This document shows, in pieces, positions 1 to 8,324 of a stretch of 64,000 bases of DNA (within the stretch, counting starts at the first letter, position 1; each line of letters begins with the position of its first letter). Origin of the DNA: a virus (lineage: Duplodnaviria > Heunggongvirae > Uroviricota > Caudoviricetes); IMG/VR virus record IMGVR_UViG_3300031418_000001. One strand, written 5' to 3'. The position numbers and the translations under genes are program-made. The notes under the pieces are model-generated. The model ran no database searches. It was not told the origin of the DNA and worked only from the letters and a program-made list of their open reading frames with translations.

Positions 1-151
1 ACATGTAATAGCCCTCATGGTTCATTCTATGAAATTGGAGCTATTATTACTGATTTAGAGTATATGAATTTTGAGAAAGTACAGAAAGAAGAATTCTTAC
101 GTAACTCTCATATTCATAGTGATTTAATTGAATATTTAACAGGCGGTAACA

Positions 152-415
152 ATGATTAAAGTACATTCGGTTCAGCACCAGTTCAGCCACTTCATCTTTA
201 TTAATGAAATTGAAAATGAAGTACTGCGAACCAACATTCAGGAAAGTATGAACAAACTTATGGAAGATGGGTCTTATATTCAGTTCCAGGGTTCATTTGG
301 CTTTGTACTCGATTTGCAGGATGACAAAACGTATGAATGGTCAGAACAGTTTAAAAATTTGCTGCCATTAAGCCTTACTGCCCGCGAGAAAACAATTGCT
401 ATCCTGATGGATTAA
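152..415 (+). CDS. hypothetical protein
   Basis: ORF with upstream AGGCGG RBS in a co-directional gene run. Confidence 0.7.
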   Translation: MIKVHSVQHQFSHFIFINEIENEVLRTNIQESMNKLMEDGSYIQFQGSFGFVLDLQDDKTYEWSEQFKNLLPLSLTAREKTIAILMD

Positions 416-474
416 TCTTGATCTTATTGCCTGGTTCATGTACAATTCTCCTACAAAATCATGGAGTCAAAATC

Positions 475-660
475 ATGAAACAGGCAATGTTTATTTGTCT
501 TGCATTAGCAGTTATTTTAACATTTTTAACACCAGTGACCGAATTTTACTCAAGTACATTAAATACTTTCTTCTACTGGAGTAGTATTATTCTGTACATA
601 ATATCTGTAGTCTTAATTGTGATTGAGGAAAAGAAACATGGCTGGCCGTATCAAGATTAG
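475..660 (+). CDS. small membrane protein
   Basis: GGAG RBS before ATG 475; two hydrophobic segments. Confidence 0.65.
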   Translation: MKQAMFICLALAVILTFLTPVTEFYSSTLNTFFYWSSIILYIISVVLIVIEEKKHGWPYQD

Positions 661-889
661 TTACTCAGAAGAAACTGAACTTAAGTTAGATATGTTCCGT
701 GAGCTTCGACGGTTACTTAATGAAAATACGTCTGTACTTGTGATTACTGAGGTTAAAAAAGAACTTGAAGAAGTATTTGACAAATATGTTAAGTACTTCA
801 TGATTTTCATGAATCGTGGATTGTTAGAATACAAGTGCCATTCTGAATTAACCGAAGAAGATTTTGAAAAGGTTATGTACGAACTATGA
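638..889 (+). CDS. hypothetical protein
   Basis: GAGGA RBS before ATG 638; ATGA overlap with next gene. Confidence 0.65.
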   Translation: MAGRIKISYSEETELKLDMFRELRRLLNENTSVLVITEVKKELEEVFDKYVKYFMIFMNRGLLEYKCHSELTEEDFEKVMYEL

Positions 890-1341
890 CAAAGAACTAT
901 GAGCAATTATTCTTTGACTTCGTAAGCAAGCTACACGACAATCTTCAGTACAGTATCGTCACCCATTATGAAAATGGGTGGGTTGGATATAAATTTGTTA
1001 ATGGTATCGACATTGATACTGAACATTTTTATTACGATGGGTACTATGGTATTGATTTTAAGTTTGATGGATTCCGTATGTTCCTTATGGACGACTGTTT
1101 CTATTTTGTGGATCTTGAAGAAGAAGATAAAGATGTAAACACTATACCTGCTATTGATACCTGTTATGATGGCGGTACTGATATTGTGGATAAACACAGC
1201 TATTTCCAGTACTCAATCACTCATGATCTTAAAGGCATTCGCTGGCAGACTTTCCCTATGATTAAGAAGATAAGAGATACCTTCTTTGAAGGTGTTGGTA
1301 CTCGTATCTATCTTGAAGATGGATTCCAGTTCATTGTATGA
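886..1341 (+). CDS. hypothetical protein, C-terminal (Y/F/W)F(Q/N) motif family
   Basis: coupled ORF; motif SYFQYSITHDL. Confidence 0.75.
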   Translation: MTKNYEQLFFDFVSKLHDNLQYSIVTHYENGWVGYKFVNGIDIDTEHFYYDGYYGIDFKFDGFRMFLMDDCFYFVDLEEEDKDVNTIPAIDTCYDGGTDIVDKHSYFQYSITHDLKGIRWQTFPMIKKIRDTFFEGVGTRIYLEDGFQFIV

Positions 1342-1715
1342 ATCTAAGTGCAGAAGAATTAACTAATATCGAGAATAATATAATTAATTGTATAAAATGC
1401 ATATATCTTGTTATGGGAACATCTAACAATATGCACTACATCGACGGCCTAAACTATATTGGTCGTCTTGATGATAATTCCGTTGATGTATGGGTACAAA
1501 CAAATTCATATCAGGATGACGTATTTTCTTTGTATTTTGATTCTTTTGGATACTATCATACACAGTACTGCATAGATATTACTGATTCTGGTTTTGATTT
1601 AGAAAATGATTTCTTCCAGATCAGTACTGTATATCCATTTAAATTGAGTACTTACCAAGAGATAAGAAAACTCAGAATGGATATGATTGAAAAAGAAATT
1701 CTGTACAAAAGTTAA
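1338..1715 (+). CDS. hypothetical protein, C-terminal (Y/F/W)F(Q/N) motif family
   Basis: coupled ORF; motif DFFQISTVYP. Confidence 0.75.
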   Translation: MNLSAEELTNIENNIINCIKCIYLVMGTSNNMHYIDGLNYIGRLDDNSVDVWVQTNSYQDDVFSLYFDSFGYYHTQYCIDITDSGFDLENDFFQISTVYPFKLSTYQEIRKLRMDMIEKEILYKS

Positions 1716-1740
1716 GTACTTAATTTTAATGAAAAAATCC

Positions 1741-1769
1741 TGAAACGGATTTCTTTTATGTGCTATACT
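1741..1769 (+). promoter_or_regulatory. putative phage promoter TGAAAC-N17-TATACT
   Basis: one of four copies with the same hexamers and exact 17-nt spacing. Confidence 0.7.
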
Positions 1770-1799
1770 AATAGTATAGAAAGTGAAGGAGAGTAAAGA

Positions 1800-1943
1800 A
1801 TGCATCCGAATCCAATATATAGAAGTAATTCATTTGCTTATTATTTTAAACCAAAGCAGTATATTAAGAGTGATGAAATTAAGGAAGTATTAATCCCTAA
1901 TAACGTTATTCATGTTGACTTTGTAAGTAAGAAGAAACGTTAA
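1800..1943 (+). CDS. small hypothetical protein (47 aa, MHPNPIYRS...VIHVDFVSKKKR)
   Basis: AAGGA RBS directly downstream of the promoter; below the ORF-track cutoff. Confidence 0.55.
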   Translation: MHPNPIYRSNSFAYYFKPKQYIKSDEIKEVLIPNNVIHVDFVSKKKR

Positions 1944-1950
1944 GTACTAT

Positions 1951-2028
1951 CTCCCGTTAGCTCAGTTGGATCAGAGCAACGATCTTCTAAATCGTAGGTC
2001 ACTGGTTCGAGTCCAGTACGGGAGGCCA
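1951..2028 (+). tRNA. tRNA-Arg(TCT)
   Basis: cloverleaf; anticodon arm ACGAT-CTTCTAA-ATCGT; GGTTCGAGTCC; CCA. Confidence 0.95.
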
Positions 2029-2033
2029 AATAT

Positions 2034-2118
2034 GCGGGTATGGTGAAATTGGTAAACACCGGAGACTTAAAATCTCCCGCTTAATTGCTTGTCGGTTCAA
2101 GTCCGACTACCCGCACCA
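2034..2118 (+). tRNA. tRNA-Leu(TAA)
   Basis: GGAGA-CTTAAAA-TCTCC; long variable arm; CCA. Confidence 0.95.
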
Positions 2119-2141
2119 AATAGTAAGTTCATGGAAGAACA

Positions 2142-2585
2142 ATGAAAATAGAATTACACGAACCATTTTGTAGCAAATGGAAATTCGGGTACTTGAGAGA
2201 AAGTCCTGATAAAAGGAAAAGAATTGATTTATTCAATTCCAATGAAGATAGAACCACTATATCTTATTCAAGATACTTAATGTCAGTTCATGTTGGTAGG
2301 TTTCTTAATGATGATGAAGAAGTAGATCATATTGATGAAGATTGTACAAATGATGATATTAATAACCTTCAGATTTTATCTACCGAAGAACATCGTAAGA
2401 AGAATTCAAAAAGTAATAGTACTGGAAGAACAGTTACTGAACTTAAATGTGAATACTGTGGTAAAGATTTTATACGTGAAAATAGAAGTATAAGAAAAAC
2501 AAACTATATTTCATGTTCACGAAGATGTAGTGCACTTATTAACAATGCAACTAAGAATTTAAAATTTTCTAAACAAGCACCTTAA
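2142..2585 (+). CDS. HNH homing endonuclease
   Basis: VDHIDEDCTNDDINNLQIL..EEH HNH motif plus C-terminal CxxC...CxxxC zinc motif. Confidence 0.85.
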   Translation: MKIELHEPFCSKWKFGYLRESPDKRKRIDLFNSNEDRTTISYSRYLMSVHVGRFLNDDEEVDHIDEDCTNDDINNLQILSTEEHRKKNSKSNSTGRTVTELKCEYCGKDFIRENRSIRKTNYISCSRRCSALINNATKNLKFSKQAP

Positions 2586-2598
2586 TGGTGCTTTTTTT
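2575..2598 (+). terminator. intrinsic terminator
   Basis: AAGCACC-TTAAT-GGTGCTT followed by T run. Confidence 0.75.
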
Positions 2599-2611
2599 AT
2601 AAGGAATCAAA

Positions 2612-3028
2612 ATGAGGTATGTATTATTTGCGATTGCAATAATCTTATTCTTCGTGAGTAAAGATTATATACAGAATGATTACATAATGCCTAAAGAACA
2701 TCCTACCGTTCTTGAGAAATTAGGTCTTGATACTTACAAAGACAAGTACATACCATATGGTGTATTCATGCTTGTAGATGGAAGAGAAGTTAAATTACCA
2801 GTAACTACTGAGTTCTATGAAACAATTACAGTAGGAACTAAGGTTACTGTTCCTGTTAGACAAATGACTATTAAGTCTACTATCAGAGAAGATGTACTAT
2901 TCATTTTCATGCCTGTAATCACATTTACTGTCGTAATCATTGCTAATATGGCACTGTTTATATTGAGCCTTGAACGTTTTTTTAAAGACATTAAACAGTA
3001 CCGAGAATGTCGGAGAAAACGAAAATGA
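2612..3028 (+). CDS. membrane protein
   Basis: AAGGA RBS; N- and C-terminal hydrophobic helices. Confidence 0.75.
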   Translation: MRYVLFAIAIILFFVSKDYIQNDYIMPKEHPTVLEKLGLDTYKDKYIPYGVFMLVDGREVKLPVTTEFYETITVGTKVTVPVRQMTIKSTIREDVLFIFMPVITFTVVIIANMALFILSLERFFKDIKQYRECRRKRK

Positions 3029-3288
3029 ATATTGCACTAATGGTTGACTATCAAGCTGTCATTAAAGAAGCAGCTATACATTTAGGTACTAAACCTGAGA
3101 ACTTAAAAATGTATTCCTGGTATCTGATGTTTTCAAGTACTGCTGGCCCACGTACTGGTGTTATTGCGGGTCAGGCATTTACTGAATTTCAAGTACTTGG
3201 ATTTGAAGACAAGCACACTCATACATTTATTAAGTACTGCGATGGTGTATGGAAAGATTGGACTGGTCGTATTGGGGTACATTGGTAA
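3025..3288 (+). CDS. hypothetical protein
   Basis: GGAG RBS; ATGA coupling. Confidence 0.7.
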   Translation: MNIALMVDYQAVIKEAAIHLGTKPENLKMYSWYLMFSSTAGPRTGVIAGQAFTEFQVLGFEDKHTHTFIKYCDGVWKDWTGRIGVHW

Positions 3289-3668
3289 TGACTTTTGAAG
3301 AACTTAAAGTACGTATTAAAGACAATAGTAATGTTGTTCTACGTGCTAATAAATCATTCGTAAAGAAGTACTATAACATTCGACAGGATCTTAATTGCGA
3401 CAGCATTATACTTATTGCTGAACTTGAATTATCTGGTAGTTATCATCGTAATCATGTTAAGATTGAAGAAGAAGTTATTGCTGGCGGCTGCAAATTTCTA
3501 CGTGAGCACAATAAGAACATGTCAAGTGATGAAGCAATCCTGATTGCACATGCTGGTGGTAACAGTGATGATGGTCATGGTCTTGCAGTACTGTTCATTC
3601 ATAATGATGAAGACTGTTCTGGTATTGAAGTACTTAACGTTTGTGAGTATGAGGACTGTGGATTATGA
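3288..3668 (+). CDS. hypothetical protein
   Basis: TAATG coupling. Confidence 0.7.
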   Translation: MTFEELKVRIKDNSNVVLRANKSFVKKYYNIRQDLNCDSIILIAELELSGSYHRNHVKIEEEVIAGGCKFLREHNKNMSSDEAILIAHAGGNSDDGHGLAVLFIHNDEDCSGIEVLNVCEYEDCGL

Positions 3669-3892
3669 ATATCAACAACCAGCTTACAAATAATCACGGA
3701 AAATTCCTATCAGAACTCTCTGCTTTGCTTGCAAAACACGACGCAAGCATTACAATAGAGACTGATTGGAGTGAATATTCCGGTATGACTATCAACTGTT
3801 CAGGGTCGAAACTTGACGTTGGTTGTACCAAAGAATTATCTCCAACTAAAATTCGTTCAGCCTTACGTAATTACGAAAACCGTGGAGAATAA
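3665..3892 (+). CDS. hypothetical protein
   Basis: coupled ORF. Confidence 0.65.
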   Translation: MNINNQLTNNHGKFLSELSALLAKHDASITIETDWSEYSGMTINCSGSKLDVGCTKELSPTKIRSALRNYENRGE

Positions 3893-3894
3893 AA

Positions 3895-4113
3895 ATGTAC
3901 ACTCTCATCTTTATGGCATTACTTAATACAAATGTAAGTATCGTTGCCCCTGGGCTGGATCATCAAACATGTACTGATACATTACGTGATTTGGTGGGTT
4001 CAGTACGTGGAGTTGGGAGTGTTCGTTTTTCTCGATGTGTACCACAAGCAGATATTACCCTTAAAAATCAATACGGTCTTGATGATCTGATGAAACAGGA
4101 TCAAGGTAAATGA
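3895..4113 (+). CDS. hypothetical protein
   Basis: GGAG RBS. Confidence 0.65.
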   Translation: MYTLIFMALLNTNVSIVAPGLDHQTCTDTLRDLVGSVRGVGSVRFSRCVPQADITLKNQYGLDDLMKQDQGK

Positions 4114-4285
4114 AGGACTTCATTTGGTTTTTAATAGTAGGATCTTATGTACTTCTGATATATGTAGCAATAGCCCAAATATCTTGGGCTTTATTTGATT
4201 TCATTGATACGGATGAAATTCATATATTGATGACAATTGTGGGTGTAGTATTCTTCCATAAGAAATTACAATTCAGGGGTGAGCT

Positions 4286-4663
4286 TTGACTTATTTTAGT
4301 CCATTAATGAAGAATGTTAAAAATATATCAGAAATACTGGATACATTTGAGTTTGATCCTCCTGCATTTTTCAAAAGTACCGAAGTTGAAGAATATATCA
4401 GGATTCATTTTAACCAAAAAGATGAACCCGTATTCAACATCCGTTCTCAATACAGTACTGGTTATATATACATTCATGAAAAGTTTATTAAAATGAATGA
4501 TTATGATGAACAGGGTAATTTATCACCGATTAAATTTAGTACTGAAGCTGAAACAGAAATAGATATGTTCCAGCTACAATTAATGCAGAACTATCGTGAT
4601 ATAACTTTTGAAGATATTCAGAATTGCAATAAGATATATGAGTACTTCAGTAGCAAAGTATAA
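4286..4663 (+). CDS. hypothetical protein, C-terminal motif family
   Basis: motif DMFQLQLMQNYRDITFEDI. Confidence 0.7.
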   Translation: MTYFSPLMKNVKNISEILDTFEFDPPAFFKSTEVEEYIRIHFNQKDEPVFNIRSQYSTGYIYIHEKFIKMNDYDEQGNLSPIKFSTEAETEIDMFQLQLMQNYRDITFEDIQNCNKIYEYFSSKV

Positions 4664-4671
4664 GGAATATA

Positions 4672-5025
4672 ATGAAAGGAGTCATCGGATTATTATATTG
4701 TACTGAACTTAATGAGTTCATTGATACAAGTACAAATGATAAAACATTCAGTACTGATGAAATTACAGTTAAAATATATAAGAACAAGAATGGTGATCAA
4801 TGTATTGATTATACTATCATGATCATATACACCATTACTGTCAATTTAAATAAAAATAGTACCAAAATTAAGGGTTCTTATAATAACTGTTATATGGAAT
4901 TGCCATATGATTGTGAAGATAGAAATGAATTCTTCCAGTTAAATTGTTATTATGATTTCCATGATTTTAAGTTTGAAGATTTAATTAAAATACAGGAATG
5001 GACAAAGTACTTCCTGACTTTATAA
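4672..5025 (+). CDS. hypothetical protein, C-terminal motif family
   Basis: motif PYDCEDRNEFFQLNCYYDFHDFKFEDL. Confidence 0.75.
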   Translation: MKGVIGLLYCTELNEFIDTSTNDKTFSTDEITVKIYKNKNGDQCIDYTIMIIYTITVNLNKNSTKIKGSYNNCYMELPYDCEDRNEFFQLNCYYDFHDFKFEDLIKIQEWTKYFLTL

Positions 5026-5032
5026 GTACAAT

Positions 5033-5251
5033 GGGGCATGTTCCAAGAGGGTCGATTGGGCGAATAAACTATGAACGTCGCTGGCGTAAAAGCCGTCTGT
5101 TAACTGAATCACTGAATGTCTCAGAAGCACCTATAGCGGCCTGACAACAGGCGGGGAGAAACAAGCAAGGGAAGCGTAGTCTAAGGTGAGGAAGGCGTAT
5201 AGCGAGAGTTATACGTAGCAGAAAGTACGGGTTCGAATCCCGTATGCTCCA
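5033..5251 (+). ncRNA. ssrA: tmRNA (minimal, 219 nt), tag (A)ESLNVSEAPIAA
   Basis: GGGGCAT/ATGCTCC acceptor stem with G3.U70 and A73; 3' T arm ACGGG-TTCGAAT-CCCGT; pk1-like pseudoknot; TAACT-GAA resume context; tag frame 5106-5144 ending IAA-stop in a hairpin. Confidence 0.85.
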
Positions 5252-5265
5252 CAAAAGGAATAACA

Positions 5266-5511
5266 ATGAAATACGAAACTGATATTAAAGTTACACGCAT
5301 TAATAAAAGATACCATGCAAGGTTATTTGTTAATGGTAATCTTTATGATGAAATGGCATGTGAATACCGTACTGATATAGGGTTTATTTGTCGTCAGATG
5401 TTACGTAATGCTGATAAAATGGGTATATTTAATGCACATACTGAATCAGCACGTAAACGTATTACTACTTCTAACACTCATGGTAAAATCTGGTACAGGA
5501 ATAAGTTATGA
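5266..5511 (+). CDS. hypothetical protein
   Basis: AAGGA RBS. Confidence 0.7.
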   Translation: MKYETDIKVTRINKRYHARLFVNGNLYDEMACEYRTDIGFICRQMLRNADKMGIFNAHTESARKRITTSNTHGKIWYRNKL

Positions 5512-5858
5512 AAGAGATATTTGAAGATCTTCAAAACTTAAGGTACAGTGAACTGATTGATAAAAAATTCAGAATTGATGAAATAACATGTTCTGTTCGT
5601 TATACTCAACGTGGTATTGTTTTATTATTTGGTAATAAAGGTTATACAATAATATGTAATATTGATAATCATATCAGAATTATCTATGCTAATAATGATA
5701 AAACTAATGATTGGAGTATTCCATACAAATGTGAAGATAAAAATGAATTCTTCCAGTTAAGTACCAAATATGATTACCATAATATGAGTTATGAAGATTT
5801 ATATAACTTCCAAATCTTGTGCGGTGATATGATTAAAAGGAATTTAAATGAAGGATAA
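5508..5858 (+). CDS. hypothetical protein, C-terminal motif family
   Basis: motif PYKCEDKNEFFQLSTKYDYHNMSYEDL, close to that of 4672..5025. Confidence 0.75.
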   Translation: MKEIFEDLQNLRYSELIDKKFRIDEITCSVRYTQRGIVLLFGNKGYTIICNIDNHIRIIYANNDKTNDWSIPYKCEDKNEFFQLSTKYDYHNMSYEDLYNFQILCGDMIKRNLNEG

Positions 5859-6048
5859 AAAATATAAAATTGTATATGGTGGTGCTCAGGATCATCAAAT
5901 GCGTATGGTATATACAGTCTACCAGAAAAGTAAATTTTTATTCTGGAAGTACTGGAAGATATGTAAAACCTATACCAATAGACTTACTTATGCTGAATTC
6001 GAAACAAAAGAAGAAGCAGAAAATTTTATAAAAATGAATCTTAATTAA
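5848..6048 (+). CDS. hypothetical protein
   Basis: AAGGA RBS. Confidence 0.65.
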   Translation: MKDKKYKIVYGGAQDHQMRMVYTVYQKSKFLFWKYWKICKTYTNRLTYAEFETKEEAENFIKMNLN

Positions 6049-6073
6049 GTACATGATTTTTTTAAAATTTTCG

Positions 6074-6102
6074 TGAAACAAAAACAATTTATATCCTATA
6101 CT
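6074..6102 (+). promoter_or_regulatory. putative phage promoter TGAAAC-N17-TATACT
   Basis: repeat motif with exact spacing. Confidence 0.7.
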
Positions 6103-6122
6103 ATAAGGGTAAGGTAAAGAAA

Positions 6123-6329
6123 ATGAGCCTGATACATAAATTCGATTATTATACTGGTGAACCTATTACTGGTCAGCATATTAAAACTATTCTTTCATTT
6201 GGGCTTGAAATTCTTAGCATTGAAGCTGATAATTCTGGTGCAATTTATGTTTTAATTGCCGGTACATTCGACCAGCATCAGTGTATTAACAAAGACAGTG
6301 AGTTAGCAAAACTTTTTCGATTAGCTTGA
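6123..6329 (+). CDS. hypothetical protein
   Basis: AAGGT RBS after promoter; DYYTGEP motif shared with 58390..58578 (DYCTGEP). Confidence 0.65.
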   Translation: MSLIHKFDYYTGEPITGQHIKTILSFGLEILSIEADNSGAIYVLIAGTFDQHQCINKDSELAKLFRLA

Positions 6330-6337
6330 AAAAAAGC

Positions 6338-6366
6338 TGAAACAAATCAAAAAGATGTGCTATACT
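6338..6366 (+). promoter_or_regulatory. putative phage promoter TGAAAC-N17-TATACT driving the RNA cluster
   Basis: repeat motif with exact spacing. Confidence 0.7.
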
Positions 6367-6381
6367 AAAAGAGTAAGACAC

Positions 6382-6500
6382 GGAATCACGCAGCAAATTA
6401 AAAAACAAATCTTATCTGAAAAAAGAATCTTGCAGTTCAAGTCTGCACTACGCAAAGTCTTACATTAGCGTAGCCACGGTGGAGATATGTTTTGATTCCA
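6382..6500 (+). ncRNA. CAGCAA element 1, carrying a permuted tRNA-like body
   Basis: GGAATCA/TGATTCC closing helix; GCAGCAA; T arm TGCAG-TTCAAGT-CTGCA; CTACGC/GCGTAG acceptor-like hairpin. Confidence 0.6.
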
Positions 6501-6508
6501 GTTAATAC

Positions 6509-6581
6509 GTTCCCATCGTCTAACGGCTTAGGACGGCTCCCTTTCACGGAGCAAATCGGAGTTCGATTCTCCGTGGGAACG
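6509..6581 (+). tRNA. tRNA-Glu(TTC)
   Basis: GCTCC-CTTTCAC-GGAGC; GTTCCCA/TGGGAAC acceptor. Confidence 0.9.
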
Positions 6582-6621
6582 CAACATAGTTCCTCCTTTT
6601 CTATGTGTGTTGTGGTTGTTA

Positions 6622-6673
6622 TGGATTCTGACAGCAATTTAAACTCTTATGCTAAAGAAAAAAACGGAATCCA
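6622..6673 (+). ncRNA. CAGCAA element 2 (inner hairpin loop with GCT)
   Basis: TGGATTC/GAATCCA helix; ACAGCAA; TCTT-ATGCTA-AAGA. Confidence 0.6.
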
Positions 6674-6678
6674 GTTTT

Positions 6679-6754
6679 GCACAGATGGCTGAAAGGTTGA
6701 GGCAACGGATTGCAAATCCGTACTATGCAGGTTCGAATCCTGTTCTGTGCTCCA
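6679..6754 (+). tRNA. tRNA-Cys(GCA)
   Basis: ACGGA-TTGCAAA-TCCGT; U73; CCA. Confidence 0.93.
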
Positions 6755-6798
6755 ACATTGTTAAGTACTTTCATAGTAGAGTACTTAATAATGAATTT

Positions 6799-6854
6799 AG
6801 GAATCTAACAGCAACTTTAAAATCTTATGCTTAAAGAAAAAAGAATAGATTCCT
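6799..6854 (+). ncRNA. CAGCAA element 3 (inner hairpin loop with GCT)
   Basis: AGGAATCTA/TAGATTCCT helix; ACAGCAA; TCTT-ATGCTTA-AAGA. Confidence 0.6.
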
Positions 6855-6869
6855 GTTAAAAAAGAATTA

Positions 6870-6923
6870 TGGATACTTACAGCAACCTAAAAACTTTTAT
6901 TGGAAAAAGAAAAACGGTATCCA
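6870..6923 (+). ncRNA. CAGCAA element 4 (inner hairpin loop with TGG)
   Basis: TGGATAC/GTATCCA helix; ACAGCAA; CTTTT-ATTGGA-AAAAG. Confidence 0.6.
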
Positions 6924-6932
6924 GTTAAATTT

Positions 6933-7016
6933 GTGGGGCTGGCAGAGCGGTCGATTGCGGGGGACTGTAAATCCCTTCCGAAAGGCACGGTGGTTCGAAT
7001 CCATCGCCCCACACCA
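6933..7016 (+). tRNA. tRNA-Tyr(GTA)
   Basis: GGGGA-CTGTAAA-TCCCT; variable arm; CCA. Confidence 0.95.
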
Positions 7017-7040
7017 AATTAGTAAGAGATATAATGGATT

Positions 7041-7562
7041 ATGTCAAAAGTTAGTAAAATTAATAGTATATCAACAACTGAATTTAAAACAATTGTTGAA
7101 TCTTGTTTCTCTATAAGAGAAATTGTCGAGAAAATGGGATTTTCAAGACAGAGTGGAAGTATGGCAATTAAAGTTAAAGAGAGAATTGCCAAAGAACAAA
7201 TAGACACTTCACATTTTTTAGGTAGATTGTCTGTAAAAGGAAAACATATCCGTATTGAAATGGAAGATATATTAGTAAAGGACTCAACTTATACTAATAT
7301 ATACATGCTTAAAAAAAGACTCGTAAATGATAAACTTCTTAAGTATGAGTGTCAACTGTGTAAAAATGATGGTACATGGAATGGTCAAAAATTAACTTTA
7401 CAACTCGATCATATAAATGGAGATCATAAAGATCATAGATTGGTCAATCTAAGGTTTTTATGCCCAAACTGTCATTCACAAACTGAAACTTTCTCAGGTA
7501 GAAATGTTAAAAAATACCCTGAAGTTATCACACTGGTAGGTAGGCCACCCATTATCCAGTGA
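7041..7562 (+). CDS. HNH homing endonuclease
   Basis: CQLC...LQLDHINGDHKDHRLVNLRFLCPNCHSQT. Confidence 0.9.
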   Translation: MSKVSKINSISTTEFKTIVESCFSIREIVEKMGFSRQSGSMAIKVKERIAKEQIDTSHFLGRLSVKGKHIRIEMEDILVKDSTYTNIYMLKKRLVNDKLLKYECQLCKNDGTWNGQKLTLQLDHINGDHKDHRLVNLRFLCPNCHSQTETFSGRNVKKYPEVITLVGRPPIIQ

Positions 7563-7681
7563 TGCGGAACGATTAATTAGTATAACGATAACTATAGAGG
7601 TATAGTGCACACCGGTTCAGGTACTATATTGATATAGAGACAATAGTACTATGAAGGTGGTTCGAATCCACACTTCGGGGC
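7517..7681 (+). ncRNA. tRNA-ended structured RNA (unknown)
   Basis: CCCTGAAGT/ACTTCGGGG terminal helix; 3' T arm GTGG-TTCGAAT-CCAC; internal hairpins. Confidence 0.5.
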
Positions 7682-7780
7682 GAAAGGTTTTTTGCTTTTC
7701 AATATATATCTTATCCTTAATCAATAGTATTCACATCCGGGTATGAAAATATCGAGTACTATTTCTTAAGATAATATTAT

Positions 7781-7863
7781 GGGGATGTGGTGGAATGGCA
7801 GACACGGCAGTTTTAGGCACTGTTTCCTTTGGAGTGAGAGTTCGAGTCTCTCCATCCCCACCA
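7781..7863 (+). tRNA. tRNA-Leu(TAG)
   Basis: GCAGT-TTTAGGC-ACTGT; variable arm; CCA. Confidence 0.92.
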
Positions 7864-7871
7864 ATTAATAC

Positions 7872-7942
7872 AGGGGCTTAGCCAAGCGGTTAGGCGGCTG
7901 TCTCCAAAACAGTTGAGGCGTGTTCGACTCATGCAGCCCCTG
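7872..7942 (+). tRNA. tRNA-Trp(CCA)
   Basis: GCTGT-CTCCAAA-ACAGT; AGGGGCT/AGCCCCT; G73. Confidence 0.9.
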
Positions 7943-7961
7943 CAAATATAAGTACAATATT

Positions 7962-8324
7962 ATGAATGAACTTGAAACTATTATATTTGAAGTACATGAT
8001 CATATAATCAACAATAAGCATCTTGATGAAGATATTTTATTTAGATTATATAAAAATAATATAATAATTAAGTACTTTACCTTTACTCTTTGTCTTAAAA
8101 AACAACATTTTATATTTCAACTTGACCCTACTGGTCTGGTTCGTTATTTCGAACATTATGTAATCGAGAAAGATTTACATTTTGAATTGAACATAATGGG
8201 GTTAGGTCTTTGTAACTTAGAATGTGTACAGAAGATGATCGAATTACGAGAATGGCATGGGTTAACTACTAATATTGAGGCTAATTTTTTGATTGATTAC
8301 CATGAAATTTCATCAACTAATTAA
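7962..8324 (+). CDS. hypothetical protein
   Basis: ORF from ATG 7962; the longer track ORF overlaps tRNA-Trp. Confidence 0.65.
   Translation: MNELETIIFEVHDHIINNKHLDEDILFRLYKNNIIIKYFTFTLCLKKQHFIFQLDPTGLVRYFEHYVIEKDLHFELNIMGLGLCNLECVQKMIELREWHGLTTNIEANFLIDYHEISSTN

Noticed and set aside
5069-5266. Minus-strand 65-aa ORF
   Set aside because: It is antisense to the tmRNA and has no RBS.
6437-7207. ORFs 6437-6637, 6492-6692, 6649-6834, 6931-7116 and 7019-7207
   Set aside because: They overlap tRNAs, CAGCAA elements or the HNH gene and are shadow frames.
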